From: Basidiobolus meristosporus CBS 931.73
Taxonomy: Eukaryota; Fungi; Basidiobolomycota
Assembly (NCBI GenBank): GCA_002104905.1
Contig: MCFE01000591.1
Coordinates: forward strand, 1-55,132
DNA length: 55,132 nucleotides
Direction: 5' to 3'
Shown here: piece by piece, positions 13,233 to 25,223 of the stretch
How the letters are laid out: every line of letters begins with the position of its first letter
Position numbering within the stretch: the stretch's first letter is position 1
Program-made: the position numbers and the translations under genes
Notes under the pieces: generated by a model
Told to the model about the DNA's origin: nothing
Database searches by the model: none
Seen by the model: only the letters and a program-made list of their open reading frames with translations

Positions 13233-14189
13233 ATGCAACTCATAACCAGTTCTTCGCAGTTTGACAGCGAGCTTGCCAAGGCGGGCAAGAAATTGGTACT
13301 TATCCATCAACCCATTGTCGCCCCTCTATCACCCCCCTTGCGCATGGTTATTTACTCTTTGTATCTTTCAGGTGGTGGTCGATTTTTTCGCCGTATGGTA
13401 AGTATGAGGTGGTCAGGGGAGCTGCCAGTTCACTTCCCCAGCGTTGAAACAGTTATTGAGGCAAACTCTTAACCAGGTGCGGTCCCTGTAAAATGCTCGA
13501 AGGCCCCCTTCACGAGCTTTCCCGCAAGTATGGCAAAGGGGCGATCTTTCTGCAGGTGGACGTGGACCAGAGCTCCGATCTGGCTGGTAGGATGGGAGTT
13601 CGTGCCATGCCCACTATCCAGTTCTTCAAAAACTCCAGCAAAGTCGGCGAGGTCGTAGGGCCGGATGTGGGGGCGATCGAATCGCTGATAAAGCAGCATT
13701 ATGTGGAGTTGGATGCTTTCAGCGGTAGTGGCAAGCGCCTTGGCGAAGTGGTAAAGCGACCCGTTCACCTGGTCTTCTATCTTCACTCTTACCAACTACT
13801 CACCCCCTCCTCACCCAGTCCGCAGCGAACACCAACCCAGTACCACATGACGTAAGCTCGAGCAACCGCCAGTTCAACGAGAAATTGGAAGAGAACGATT
13901 GTCTGATCCAGATCCGTCTGATGAACGGAGAGAACGTCCGGGAACTATTCAAGGCTGACGACACCATCCAAAAGGTATACGAATTTGTGGCGAGTAAAGT
14001 AGGGAAGAGCACGAACACCTTCCGACTGAGCACCTCCTTCCCCAGAAAGTAAGTTCCTCGCAATATTCCCTGTCTCGCATGACCATCTACTCACCGCTTG
14101 AAAGGATGTACGAGGGCGCAGAGTTACAGAAAACCTTGAAGGAAGAGAACTTGACGCCACGTGGGCAGTTGATCGCGATGGCGAAATGA
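13233..14189 (+). CDS. Thioredoxin-SHP-UBX fusion protein, multi-exon
   Basis: Exons at 13233-13295, 13372-13397 and from 13477 give VVVDFFAVW|CGPCKML and a full Trx fold. These are followed by DAFSGSGKRLG (SHP-like) and a UBX domain (IQIRLMNG...LSTSFPRK...LKEENL). Confidence 0.82.
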
Positions 14190-14315
14190 GGCTTCACACC
14201 AACATCTATGTATTTCATGTATAATCATTTCTCGGATAAAAAAGAAGGGATTTATTCAGACTGATGCAGATCTCTATCACATGTGTTGTTTCTCTAAATG
14301 TTGCATCGGAAAGGG

Positions 14316-17300
14316 CTACTTTCCAGAGTAATGCTTGGACTTGGCGGGCTGGGAGCTGGGGCTTTGGTCAAGGCGGTTGGTTAGGTTGGTGATCATCTCC
14401 TCCAGGTTCGTGATACGCTGGTCGTCATGCTTCTCCCTCTGACGCAGGCACAAGGCCCGGTTCACCGGGAAAAAGCCGTAGTCGTTGTCTTTCAGCATCT
14501 CCACCACGTAGGACTCCTGGGAGGTGTACTCGGTCACATCCTTCGTCTTCAGATGGACCAGGAAAAACAGATACTGCCAGATGTTGTGGTCATGCCTGAT
14601 GTGGTGCTCAAAGCCTTTGGCGTGCCTCTGAAACTCGGTGGCACTGATGTTGCATATGAAGCAGACGCTTTTCATGTCGTTCTGGATGGAGGATCTCTCA
14701 TCTCTTAAGCTACCGAACGTGTCGAATATAATACCAAAGATCACGTTCAGAAGGAAAATGATCACAATGAGGAAGAAGGATAGATCCAACACAATTCGGT
14801 AAGCGTATGAGTTGTCCCCGTGGACAGGGGCTTGTAGTATATCCCCTAGTCCCCCGCCTGCTCGGATGCTGTAGATATATATATATGTGTGTGTGTGTGA
14901 GTGTGTGTTGGTTGGCGGCTTGGGAGTTAGTGGAAACACGAAACATACCCGTATGCTAGCACGGTGATGAAGCAGTCAAACAGAGTGTCACAGTAGAGCC
15001 CTTGTTCACTATCAAACGAATGCCTAAAGTACACGAAGCCTACCACCGAATACACGTAGATGATGATCACTCCCAGCAAAACCTAACCAAGCGTCGAGTT
15101 AGCAAGCGCAGCCCTAGCCAGAGTCGACATGAGTCTACGTACCGTCTTGGTCAGGGAGTTGATGTTGACTGTGACACTGGCAATGACTCCCTGAAGAATC
15201 TGATCTCGATAAATGAAGTCCAATAAATGAATCGAATACAGCATGTGATAACGAAGCCCTCCAATGGACAACAGCACCATAAATACATGGTAGAGTGCCT
15301 TGGGTTCCATCACGAAGTACATGATTTTTTCGGCCAAATTCTGATGGACAAAGACGGGTGTGGTGAGTAAGGAGGGTCATGAGGAGCGCGGGGTTCCAGC
15401 TTACCGATGGTGAAAGGCCTTCGCCTTTGGCAATGATCGCACTAAAGGAGCTGGGTGCGTCAAGATGGCTGTTGTCCAAGGTATCCTCGTCGTTCATAAA
15501 GCCAACCTCGTACGATTGCGAGTGGACATCCTCTTTGGTTTTCTGCTTTCTCAGTTGGTTCAGCTTTTCCAGTCTCTTTCGGTTGATCAGAATTGGCAAT
15601 TGGATCAGCAGAAACTCGCCAGAGGACAATGACCACAACGCCAGGTGGATCAACCCAAGGCAGATCCGCAGTGGTTCGGTAAACCACTGGCAACCGTATC
15701 CCAAAAACAGCTCACCAACCCCACCGCTGCTTTCGACGGTATTCTCGGGCACTGCAGCGCACATCAATCCCAGGATGTTCAGCAGCAAGGTCATGACGTA
15801 TGCACTTTGCCACCACAACGAGTGGTACCCTGACAGCGTAGACAGATACCAGTTTCGGGCTACTCTGGCTTGACTCTCTATCTCGTAGATGATGTCCTCC
15901 GATTTCGTCACGAAATCCTCGATCTTGGCGTCGGCCGAATCTCTTTTGACATTCCAGAGGAAGTGCTCCTTGGTATCCTCTCTCAGATATCGGCACACCT
16001 CCGGGATGGGAAAGAGAACCGGTACCACCCTTTTGTCTCCCGGCGAGAGCTCGCGGAGAATCTCTATTTGCCCGGTGTTTCGTTTGAAGAATATGAACGC
16101 CGGCTCGTTCTGGAATCGATATTGCTGCTCCTTGGTGAGTGCCGTGAACAAGGTCATGATCAGCATGCAGTACAAAAACCCGGAATCGATCGCGGACTGC
16201 TTTCCAGGCTTCCAAGTCAAGTTCTTGCTTTGCTCGAAAAGATTCCGCAGGTTGCGGTTGATGGTGTCCAGGTCCAGTGTGTTCGCCATCTCCCGGAATA
16301 TCGCCTTGGCTTCGATGTTGCCACCTTCGAGCAAACTCAGGAGACACAGGACCGCCTTCCCTTTCAGTTCCACTGCCTGCTCTGCTGGGCATTGGTGGAA
16401 TGGCTCCCTCAGAATCACGTTCACCGACTGCACGATTTTCGCATTGAAGATGCTGACTTGATTGGAGATGCATCCCTGGGCCATTTCGATGATCGTGTCA
16501 AACACCTGGGTGATGACAGGCATGGTCTGCGAGGTGAGATCCTCGTCCTGGAGGCTGGTGATGGGCACAATTGCGTGCAGGTAATCCACCACCCCGGTGA
16601 CCAGGTTAAAGCTCTTGATGTTGTCCCCTTGAACACTAAAGTACGTCTGTAGGCTGTAGTTGTGGCCCTCCACCATCAGCTGCAGGAGCCTCATAAGGTG
16701 GCAGACAGCCTCGAAATCTTGGGCGGTGGTTCCCAGATCGATCTTGTCCTCGTTTTGAAGATACTTGGAGATCTTGTTGTCATCTTTGGCGTGGGACAGA
16801 TTCAAGGTTATGATGGGAACATCGTCCGAGTGCGAGAGTATCTGGTTCAAGAAGTTCGATGTGCTGATAGACAATCCACTCTTATGGCCCCGCAGTCTAC
16901 GCCGGATCTTCGAAGAAAGGGTCGAGCTTCTTTCCCGCTTCTTGGCGTCTACGATGAGAAGCTCCTTGGCTTTGCGAAGGGAGAGAATCCCTTCTCTCAG
17001 CTTGTGATGCACACAATAGAAGAACCGCTCGACTCTGGGGATAAAGTGACATCAGTCTACAAGAAATCAGCATGGGTGAAGCTAGTTCGTTACTTGCCTG
17101 GTTCCCAAGAAGTATCGCTCGAGCGTATCCTAGAGGAGAGCTTAGCGAAAGTTAAATCCCCTGATGAATGGCCTGCGCTTACCTGAACTTTTTTGTTGCC
17201 GCCATCAAGTAGTGCGTTTAGCAGTTTCATCGCGCTGATGTAGATCTTCTGGCTATTCGACGACAAAAGCTTCTCCGCCATCAGCGTGCAGCCAAGCTTG

Positions 17301-20300
17301 TTCAGTTTGTTCTGAATCTCTATTTTCCGCTGCTGTAGGCGGGCCCACTCCAAAGGTTGGTCCACGTGACTGGTCTGCTCGATCTCCTCTGTGACATTGA
17401 CGACTAGATTTCGGAGGATTCTCATGGTGCGGATGTCATAGATCTCCTTTCGGAAGTCCTCCACACCATTCAGTCTGCCAGACAGATACTCCACAAGGGA
17501 CTCGATGGAACACTCTCCCGAAGGATGCGACTCCTCGAGCGGGAAATGTAGGCTTAGCTGACGGAACTCCTCCTTCTCCGACTCCACGATTTGGCCCGAG
17601 TCCATCACCCGGCTAAGGAAGCTCTGGAAGTTCTGGTTTAGCTCACCAAGCGCAACCGAGGGACTCTCCACGCTGACTCGCTTGGATTGGGCGATCTTGA
17701 GGGAGTTGAGCAAGGACTTCGACACGGCTTTCTTCTTGTTCCCGTGCAGGGTTGAATCCACCACCAAGGTTTCCATGCATTCCACCAGGGTCTTCAAATG
17801 CTTTGGGGACTTGGGCGGTAGTTCGGCCAATGCGGCCAGTTCATCCACAATATTGTTCCCGAGCTCTTGCCGGTCGTCGGCCACATCGAACTGGGCGATC
17901 GGGCTTCGTTGCGACGAAAAGTAGATGTCAAACAGTAGCCTCAAAAAGATCAGCACCGATTCGTAGATGTAGGCCGACTTGATCCCGATCTGGCTCTTGG
18001 CTTCTTGATTGTCGCCATGTCGCAGGTCATGGTTGAACGAGCCCAGCAGTCTGCATGTCTTGGCCACGTAAGCCCAGATCAACGGATTCTCGAAGATGTA
18101 GCTGGTGCCTGTGGTCCCTTGCCGACTGGTCCAGAGGTAGACGGCGATGAAGAAGCGCAAATACGCCCTCTCGATCAGATGATCCGACTCTTGATTAGCC
18201 AGTATGTCCAGGATCTGGTCGGCAGGAAGGATGGATTGGAAAATGGACTGCAGGCTGTTTTCTCCTTCGGCACAGGTCGCGACCAGATCGATCAACGCCG
18301 CTTGATAAGCGACCGGAGGCGCTTCGAAGTACGGCTCCTGTTTGATGTCATGGTTCGCTTCGAGCACGATGTACTCGTCCTTTTTCTCCAACAACAAATC
18401 CGCGATGTACAACTGGTTGCGTTTGATGATTTTTCCGGAGACCTTGACCAGTGCTCGCAGCAGGCGAAGGTACTCGCCACAGTAGCCCTTGGAGAGCTCT
18501 AGCAGATGCTCCATGTGGTGCTCCTCTACCCTCAGGCACAGATTCACGCTCTTGGAAAAGATGTCAATCAACGGGGCCACCATTCGCTGATCGTAAGAAA
18601 CAAGCTCGAACAGAAGATCGATGTTTTGCACGAGAATCGAACCATGCAGCTCGCGGTCGTCGCCACAGCAAACGGAAAGGAAGGCGAGGCAGGCCCAAAA
18701 CAGATCCAACACGTCCTCGTTGAACCATTCCGCCTTCCTCTCGCCATAGGTGTTTCTACGCAGGTAACCGATGACGTAGGTGTGAAGGTCCATGTTGAAC
18801 AGGATTCTTTGGGCAATCTTGTTTTTCTCGGCGCCGCTGGGCTCACCGGGCACCAGGTTCCCTTTGTAATCCACGACTATGGTGCCATTGCATAGCCCCA
18901 CGAAACACTTCAGGATCTCCTTCATCTTCCTGGTTCCAACATGCTCGTGGGAATGCTGAAGCGAAAGCGTAAGGAACATGGTCACCCTCGGCCTGATCCA
19001 GTAGTAAACCTGGATGTCATGGCTTTGGGTGAGTATGAACGACTTTTTGGACTTCTCGAACAACTCCTCGTAATCGCAGTACAACCTGTGCATCACAACA
19101 ATCGACCCCTGCTTCAGCCTTTGGTTCCGATATTTGATAAGGTCGATCAGGATGGGCATCAGGTCGGTCTCTCGATTGATGTACCGAGTTTCCATGAAGA
19201 TTCGCCGGATGATGATCTCGATGGAGGACTCCCACGTGCTGGCCTTGTCCCGATTCTCACCGTCCAGCGCACTCAGTCGCTTTTGATCCCTAGGGAGAAG
19301 AATAGATGAATTACGTGATTGAGCTTGCATCGTCCATGGCTACACACCCTTCGTTCTTCAGCCAGATGTACAGCAGCTTCCTCACGCGGATCTCGGTTCT
19401 CAGGTTGAACAGCAATTCGAGGACTGCGCACACCTCGATCTTGATGTCGATGATCATCTTGTTCTTCTCGATGTAGTGGAACCGCTCGTCGCTAGAGACC
19501 AATTGTTAGTGTACGAAGTGTTGGCCAGCTTTTGGCTTGTCGCTTGCTTACTTGATGGTGGATAGGTCGGTGGCTGGCTTGGATTCATCGATCAGGCCGT
19601 ATTCACTGAAGCGATCGGTTAGGGGGGTGGGCATGCGCTGTCGAGAGTTCAGGACAAGCTTACTTGATGTTCGTGCGGCCATCCAGGAGGGTGGTGAGAG
19701 TGCGGATCAACGAGACAATCGATGCATGTTCGTGGTAAAAACCGAAGCTGGCGAGTCCCTTGATCAGCTTTAGCACCGCGAAGATCAGCGTGTTGAGTTT
19801 CTCGTCCTTGGTCAGCTACAGCAATGGATACGGGTCAATTACACGCTCCGGGATAACAACACAACACGGTACCTTGGGATGTTCGGTGAAGAAAGTCCTG
19901 ATCCACTTGGTCAGCTTCTTGATGTTCTGCATATTGGCCAAGGAGCCTTCCACCGAGTAGTTGGACGAGTTGGTGATCTCGGACTCGACGAAGATCAGAT
20001 CCTCGGACACCGGTGACATCGGATAAACATCGACGTACAGCACTAATCACGCAAGGTTTAGAAAGCGGCCGGGTCCATGTATTTATGCACACATACCTCT
20101 GATGAGATTGCAGTATTGCGTTCGGATCTCTAGCGGCAATTTCTCGTCGAACAGGCACGACAGGCACTTCTCCAGCGTGATCTTCAGATACACCTCGGTG
20201 ACCAGGCTCAGCGAGTTCTCGTTTCGGCCGAGGCAGACTGCATTGATGAACTTCAGCATCGCCTCAAAGTACCTGACCTGGGAGGGGTTGCTACGCAAGT

Positions 20301-22699
20301 ACTCGTGCATCTCTACAGGTGTTTGCGTAGCTACATCGTCGACGTAGACGATGTTGTTCCTGCACTCCGTCTTGGGAAGTTGGTTTTGCTGAGGATCTGG
20401 GTGGCAATGTAGTCTTGATGCTGTCGAATGGGCGTCTCGTTACAGGAGCAGAGGGTAATCAAGATGTCCAGGAGGATGGGGTTTCTCTCGGCGAGCGCCA
20501 CCTCCACGAAGAAATCAATCTGGTCGGTGGTGATTTTCTCGATGATCTCTCGATTACCGTGTAGAAGGCGAATGATGACTTGCGCCGCCTCGGGGTTGTA
20601 TTGGATATGCTTGCAGAAGGTGGGAAGATAGTCGAACACGTATTTCTGGTTCACCAAGTGATCCCCCAACAGGAATTGCGAGGTCAGTCGATAGGAGAGG
20701 AACAGCATCTCGTTGAGGACGGGGTCCAGCTTCAGCATCGCCAAGTCCACCTCCGCCTCCCCTTCGACCTCCTTCACGTTGATCTGGAGGCTATCCCGCA
20801 GCGCCTTCCGCACCTCCAGTGAGAAAGGCGCTCGTAGAAACAACAGAATCTTGGCCATGATCCCACTGTCCCTCAGGATGTCCTGGTGCGCTGTGGAGAA
20901 CATCCGTTAGTGCTGGACAGCATCCGATTCGGGGAATGGCTACTTACCGGTTATAGGCAGCCCGATGCGTCTGTTAGGGTCCATGTCACCCGATCTCGAG
21001 GAGAAATAGATCAACGAGGTCTACAGAAATGGATTGGTCAGGTGAGGTGCATGCGGCCTTGGTGGACTGTACGAAGCATTTACCAGGATCTTCTTGATTT
21101 TCTCGTCCTCCTCCGGGTCGATGGGGAAGGCCTTTCGGGAGCTGGCTGCGCGGGGCTTAACCAGGAAATGGTCCAGGTGCGGGGACATGGTGTTGACAAA
21201 GTTGAACGTTTCGCTCAACTCGTTATCTACACGGGTGATTGTGAAGCAGTCGTCGAAGCTTGTCTGATTGGTCGCCATGACGGTGAATCCGTCGTTGTGG
21301 GTGGTGTGGATTAGGAACGAGTATTGCCGCTGCAAGGTGTTCGCCGCTTTGCTCCCGTTCAACTCGTCGACGTTGTGAAGATGAAGCCATGTTTGGGTGC
21401 GTACATGGCGGAACTTGGTGTACGAGCCAGTGATGATGTTGGTGTCGTCGGACTCCAGCGACTGCAACTCGAACAACGTGTTGTCGTCGTCCCCGGGCTT
21501 GCGGGGCCCCAGGACGATGTTGTACAGAACCCTTCCGGTCACTGCATCACACGTCTTCGAGCCGAGGTCCACTTGAAGGTACAATCTCGAAATTGGGCAT
21601 TTGATCCGGCAGCGGACTCCACCTTTCAGCAAACCCCCGTTGAACGTAGATTCCAAGGTGATTTTCCAAAACGTAAGTGACGAATCACTCTCCTGGGGAT
21701 TCAGCGGATTGAAGACATGAGGTCTAACCGCCACCCGGTTGGTTCCAAGGAGATTCTGCAAGTACCCCTCCTTCTCTTTGTGATAGAGCCTGACGAAATG
21801 ACCCCCTTTAAGTCGTCTGCTGTTCACCGTCTGTGTGGGGCTGAAACAGTGAACTTTCCAGCCGAAAGAATTCAGTGAGTTGTAAACCTCATGAAGCCGG
21901 GTCTTGAAGACCTCGTGCGTGAACGTCCCCAAGCCCGCCTTCAAATACCCCTCGGTTTTGATGGACTGTAAGACCACTACATCAAAAGTTCGACGTTAGT
22001 ACGGAGTCGCTGGACCAGACACATACGGAAGAGTGCTTGGCTACCTGAATCACCTACACGGATTGGCTCCCCTTCTCCGCGGATTCTATGCTTGGGCATG
22101 ATTCTGAAGAAATTCTTCTTGCTGGTCATTTTGGACAGGTCCACGATCAAAGTGGTCCCCTTGTGTGTGGTTGTTTGGTTGGTATTGACCCTTAGAAACT
22201 TGTTGTACTGAATGTTACGGAGCTGGATAATCTGCCCGTAGAGCACGACCTTTCCCTTGAGGCGTTGGGTCTCAGCCCTGTTGTACTCGTTCTCCGCCAG
22301 AGCTGCCTTGCGGAGTCGCTCGAGCTGCGGGTTCGTCTCCTCCAGAACCTCCTCCGAGTTCAACACTTCCCCGGGTGTTTCGAAGAACAGCGGGTTTTTC
22401 AGCGCAGAGAAGATTTTTCTAAGCGTCTTGTTGGCCTCATAGTTGTATTGCGGCTCTAGTCTAAATATGTAGGAATTAACGTCGTGCGAGAAGTCGGTTT
22501 GACTGCTGTCGTCCCGCAGGTAAACCCGAGGTTGTATCGGGCCCTCAGCGAACAGCAGGCCGCCAATCTCCGAGGACAGCAGAATGTCATCTCCAATTCT
22601 GAGGAATTCTTCCACTTCCCTCTTCATGTCGCTAGCAGCTCTATGCAAGCTTCAATTAATGAGGAAGATATGAAGTGACCTGGTGTGATTGTTCGCCAT
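14316..22699 (-). CDS. ITPR: Inositol 1,4,5-trisphosphate receptor-like Ca2+ release channel (MIR/beta-trefoil, RIH, RIH-associated and 6-TM ion-transport domains), multi-exon; start predicted
   Basis: N-terminal LYGQIIQLRNIQYNKFL, MIR repeats, RIH segments (LLHGNREIIEKIT, LQLMVEGHNYSLQTYF, IIEMAQGCISNQ), pore IRAGGGLGDIL, TM6 LNVIFGIIFDTF and C-terminal CFIC...H...HNIWQYLFF. Confidence 0.95.
14875..14908. repeat. Compound (AT)n(GT)n microsatellite inside the intron that splits the channel pore-loop coding region
   Basis: The sequence atatatatatatgtgtgtgtgtgtgagtgtgtgt is read directly. Confidence 0.85.
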
Positions 22700-22856
22700 G
22701 AATAATTCACGGAATCCATTGTGTGAATCCAAAAATAGAATGGCCAATGATGATGTATGCCACCCAACTTGATGATGTTGAACGAATCTAGTCGAAATTT
22801 TTTGACTTCAAGTCTCGCCAACCTCCCCCGCACTGCCCTGAGGACGGATAACTATC

Positions 22857-23456
22857 ATGGAAGCAGGCCCCTCCAACGAATCTATACAGAACGCCGAGCC
22901 CCAAGAGATTGCTTCAAACGAAGGAATTCGCTCGGCCAAAGAGAGACTACCAATAGTGATTGGTGTGGGGCTCTTCTGGGGCTTCTTTGCTGGAGCTTAC
23001 CTAGGTGGCCGCCAATCGTCCCTTCAATACTTGGCGGAAAATGCCCACAAAATGCCGAAGGATATGAACAGCTGGTACTTTTACCACAAAACGAAGAACT
23101 ACAAGGTGATGCTGGCCGGCATCCAAAAAGGGCTTAGCTATAGTTGGAGGACTGCAGCGATGTGTGGTGCCTTCACTGGCATCGAGGCTTTGTTGGATCA
23201 GCAACGGGGCCGCCGAGATATCATCAACCCAACCGTAGCTGGTATTACCACCGGCTCGATCTTCTCGCTTATCGGTTAGTCCTCAGTTGGGGGTTTTGCG
23301 TGCGTTCCCACTCGACTCACCACCTTCTCTTGTATAGCTCGCCTCTCCAGGCAATCCGCCAAGAAAGCGGTCGGTTTCGGAGCAGTGATCGGCTTGGTAA
23401 TAGGCACACTTCAAGACCTTGCCAAACCCCGCAAATCTCTGACCCCATCGAACTAA
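22857..23456 (+). CDS. Tim17/Tim22/Tim23-like small membrane protein (fungal uncharacterised subfamily), one intron
   Basis: Gly-rich TM helices (GLFWGFFAG, AGITTGSIFS, GFGAVIGLVIG) and the motif YLAENAHKMP..SWYFYHKTKNY. The family assignment is from recall. Confidence 0.65.
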
Positions 23457-23573
23457 TGCCACATGTAAAATTGCATCCATACCTCCGCATCCCGAACCTC
23501 ATCTCGATATCAAATAAACAAACAATCAAGGAGCCCCTTTTGAAATGATTTATTATGTTGTGTATCCTTCTAA

Positions 23574-25035
23574 TCACCAGCCCGGGCGGTATTTCTGTGG
23601 AGATTCGCGAGTTAGTGTAGCTCAAGGATGAAGACATGCTGTGTACGTACCATTCGGCCTCTACCTTTGTACTTGACTTCAGACGAAGCCGGCTCCGAGT
23701 CTCTGTCCACGTAACCGAACCGATCTTGTCTGTTGTTATTGGGAGCGTAGTGGTCATAGCGGTTTCGTTCATATTTGCGGTTGTAATCGTTACTTCGGCG
23801 AGAGTAGTTTCTTCTGGGGCTTTGAGAGCGGGATCTTGAGCGAGAGGGACTTCTTCTACGGCTGTGTGAACCTCTACGCGAATGGGATGCGGAAGGGGAG
23901 CCAGAACGAGAACGGGAACGAGATCCAGACTGAGAACGATGGGCTCTCCTTTTTGTTGGGTCACGAGAACGCTTCGAACGCTCCCGGGATCTGCTGCGGT
24001 CTTTCTCGTCTTCACTTCCTGTGCGAGGATTTTTTGGGCTTCGCGACCGCTTTGATGGCGGTGAATTCGATCGTGAGGAGGGGTCTCTAGAAGCGGAACG
24101 TGAGCGTGAGCGTCTGGGGGACCTTGATCGCGATTGTGAAGGCGATGCTGTACGTCTACGGGATCGCGTCTTTCTGCGACCGCGAGACTCATCCTCGCTC
24201 TCGGAGTCGGCACTATCGTCGCGCTCTTTTCTGGACTGTTTCCTGTGATGCTTCTTCTTTTTGCTCTTTCTTTTCTTTCGTCGTCTGCGCTCCTCTTCCG
24301 AGTCGGACGAAGATTCAGACTCCGACTCTTTGGTGGCCTTCTTTTTCCTCGCCGAGGCTTCGGAGTCGTCCTCGTCGGAGGCTCTGCCGGTGAGCGCATG
24401 GCCATTCCTGGTTTTGACTAAACAAGACAAGGTGAGTAAACTCAAGTCCCTTGCAGTGACCCACAGACTCACACTGGATGGTTACCTTTGACGTTGGGGG
24501 GTAGTCGTAATTCCAATTCACCACAGTTTGATATCATAACGATACCAACGGGCTTGTCGTTCCCGTCCACTGGTGTGTTTTCTATCACTTCCACCACCTG
24601 CTCAAACCCGCTGACAACTCTACCAAAGGCCACGTGTTTTCCGTCCAGATGCGGGGTAGGTCTCACGGTGATGAAAAACTGGGAACTGTTTGTGTTGGGC
24701 CCGCGGTTGGCCATGGAGAGTAATCCGTGGGTGTCGTGCTTTCTTCTGAAACTCTCGTCGGCAAAAGTGCCCCCGTAGATGCTTTCGCCGCCGGTACCGT
24801 TACGTCGGGTGAAGTCTCCACCCTGGATCATGAACCCCTTGATGACTCGATGGAATATGGAACCTTTGAAGTGCAACGGCGTGTTGCTCGTTTTCCCAAG
24901 ACCCGCTTCGCCTGTGCAGAGGGCACGAAAATTCTCCGCGGTGCGTGGCACCTCATCTGCGAATAACTCCATGATTATTCGACCGATCCTCCTCCCATCA
25001 ATGTCAACATCGAAGAAAACTCTTGGATTAGGCAT
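23574..25035 (-). CDS. PPIG: Cyclophilin with C-terminal RS-rich domain (PPIG/SR-cyclophilin-like), two introns
   Basis: [52 protein letters not shown], followed by a Lys/Glu/Ser-rich region and a long RS dipeptide region. Confidence 0.9.
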
Positions 25036-25223
25036 CTATCAAGCTAATTCCTAGTAAACCGCCGTTTGGGAAACTGACAGAGGAATAAAAGCATCGAAAC
25101 TGAATGTTGAATATTTTTGTCGGTCCGTTGCAATTCCAGGACCAATTCCAGGACCAATTCCAAACCCAATTTTATTAGATGATATACACAGTCGGATTCG
25201 ATGAACAGATGGAATAAATCACA

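Noticed and set aside
15379-19309. Many long plus-strand ORFs (for example 15870-16652, 16662-17186, 18005-18502)
   Set aside because: Antisense shadows of the GC-rich IP3R-like coding sequence, with no recognisable motifs.
23317-24405. 362-aa minus-strand ORF overlapping the cyclophilin tail
   Set aside because: Alternative frame of the low-complexity RS region. The RS frame (23612-24472) joins the cyclophilin exon by canonical splicing.
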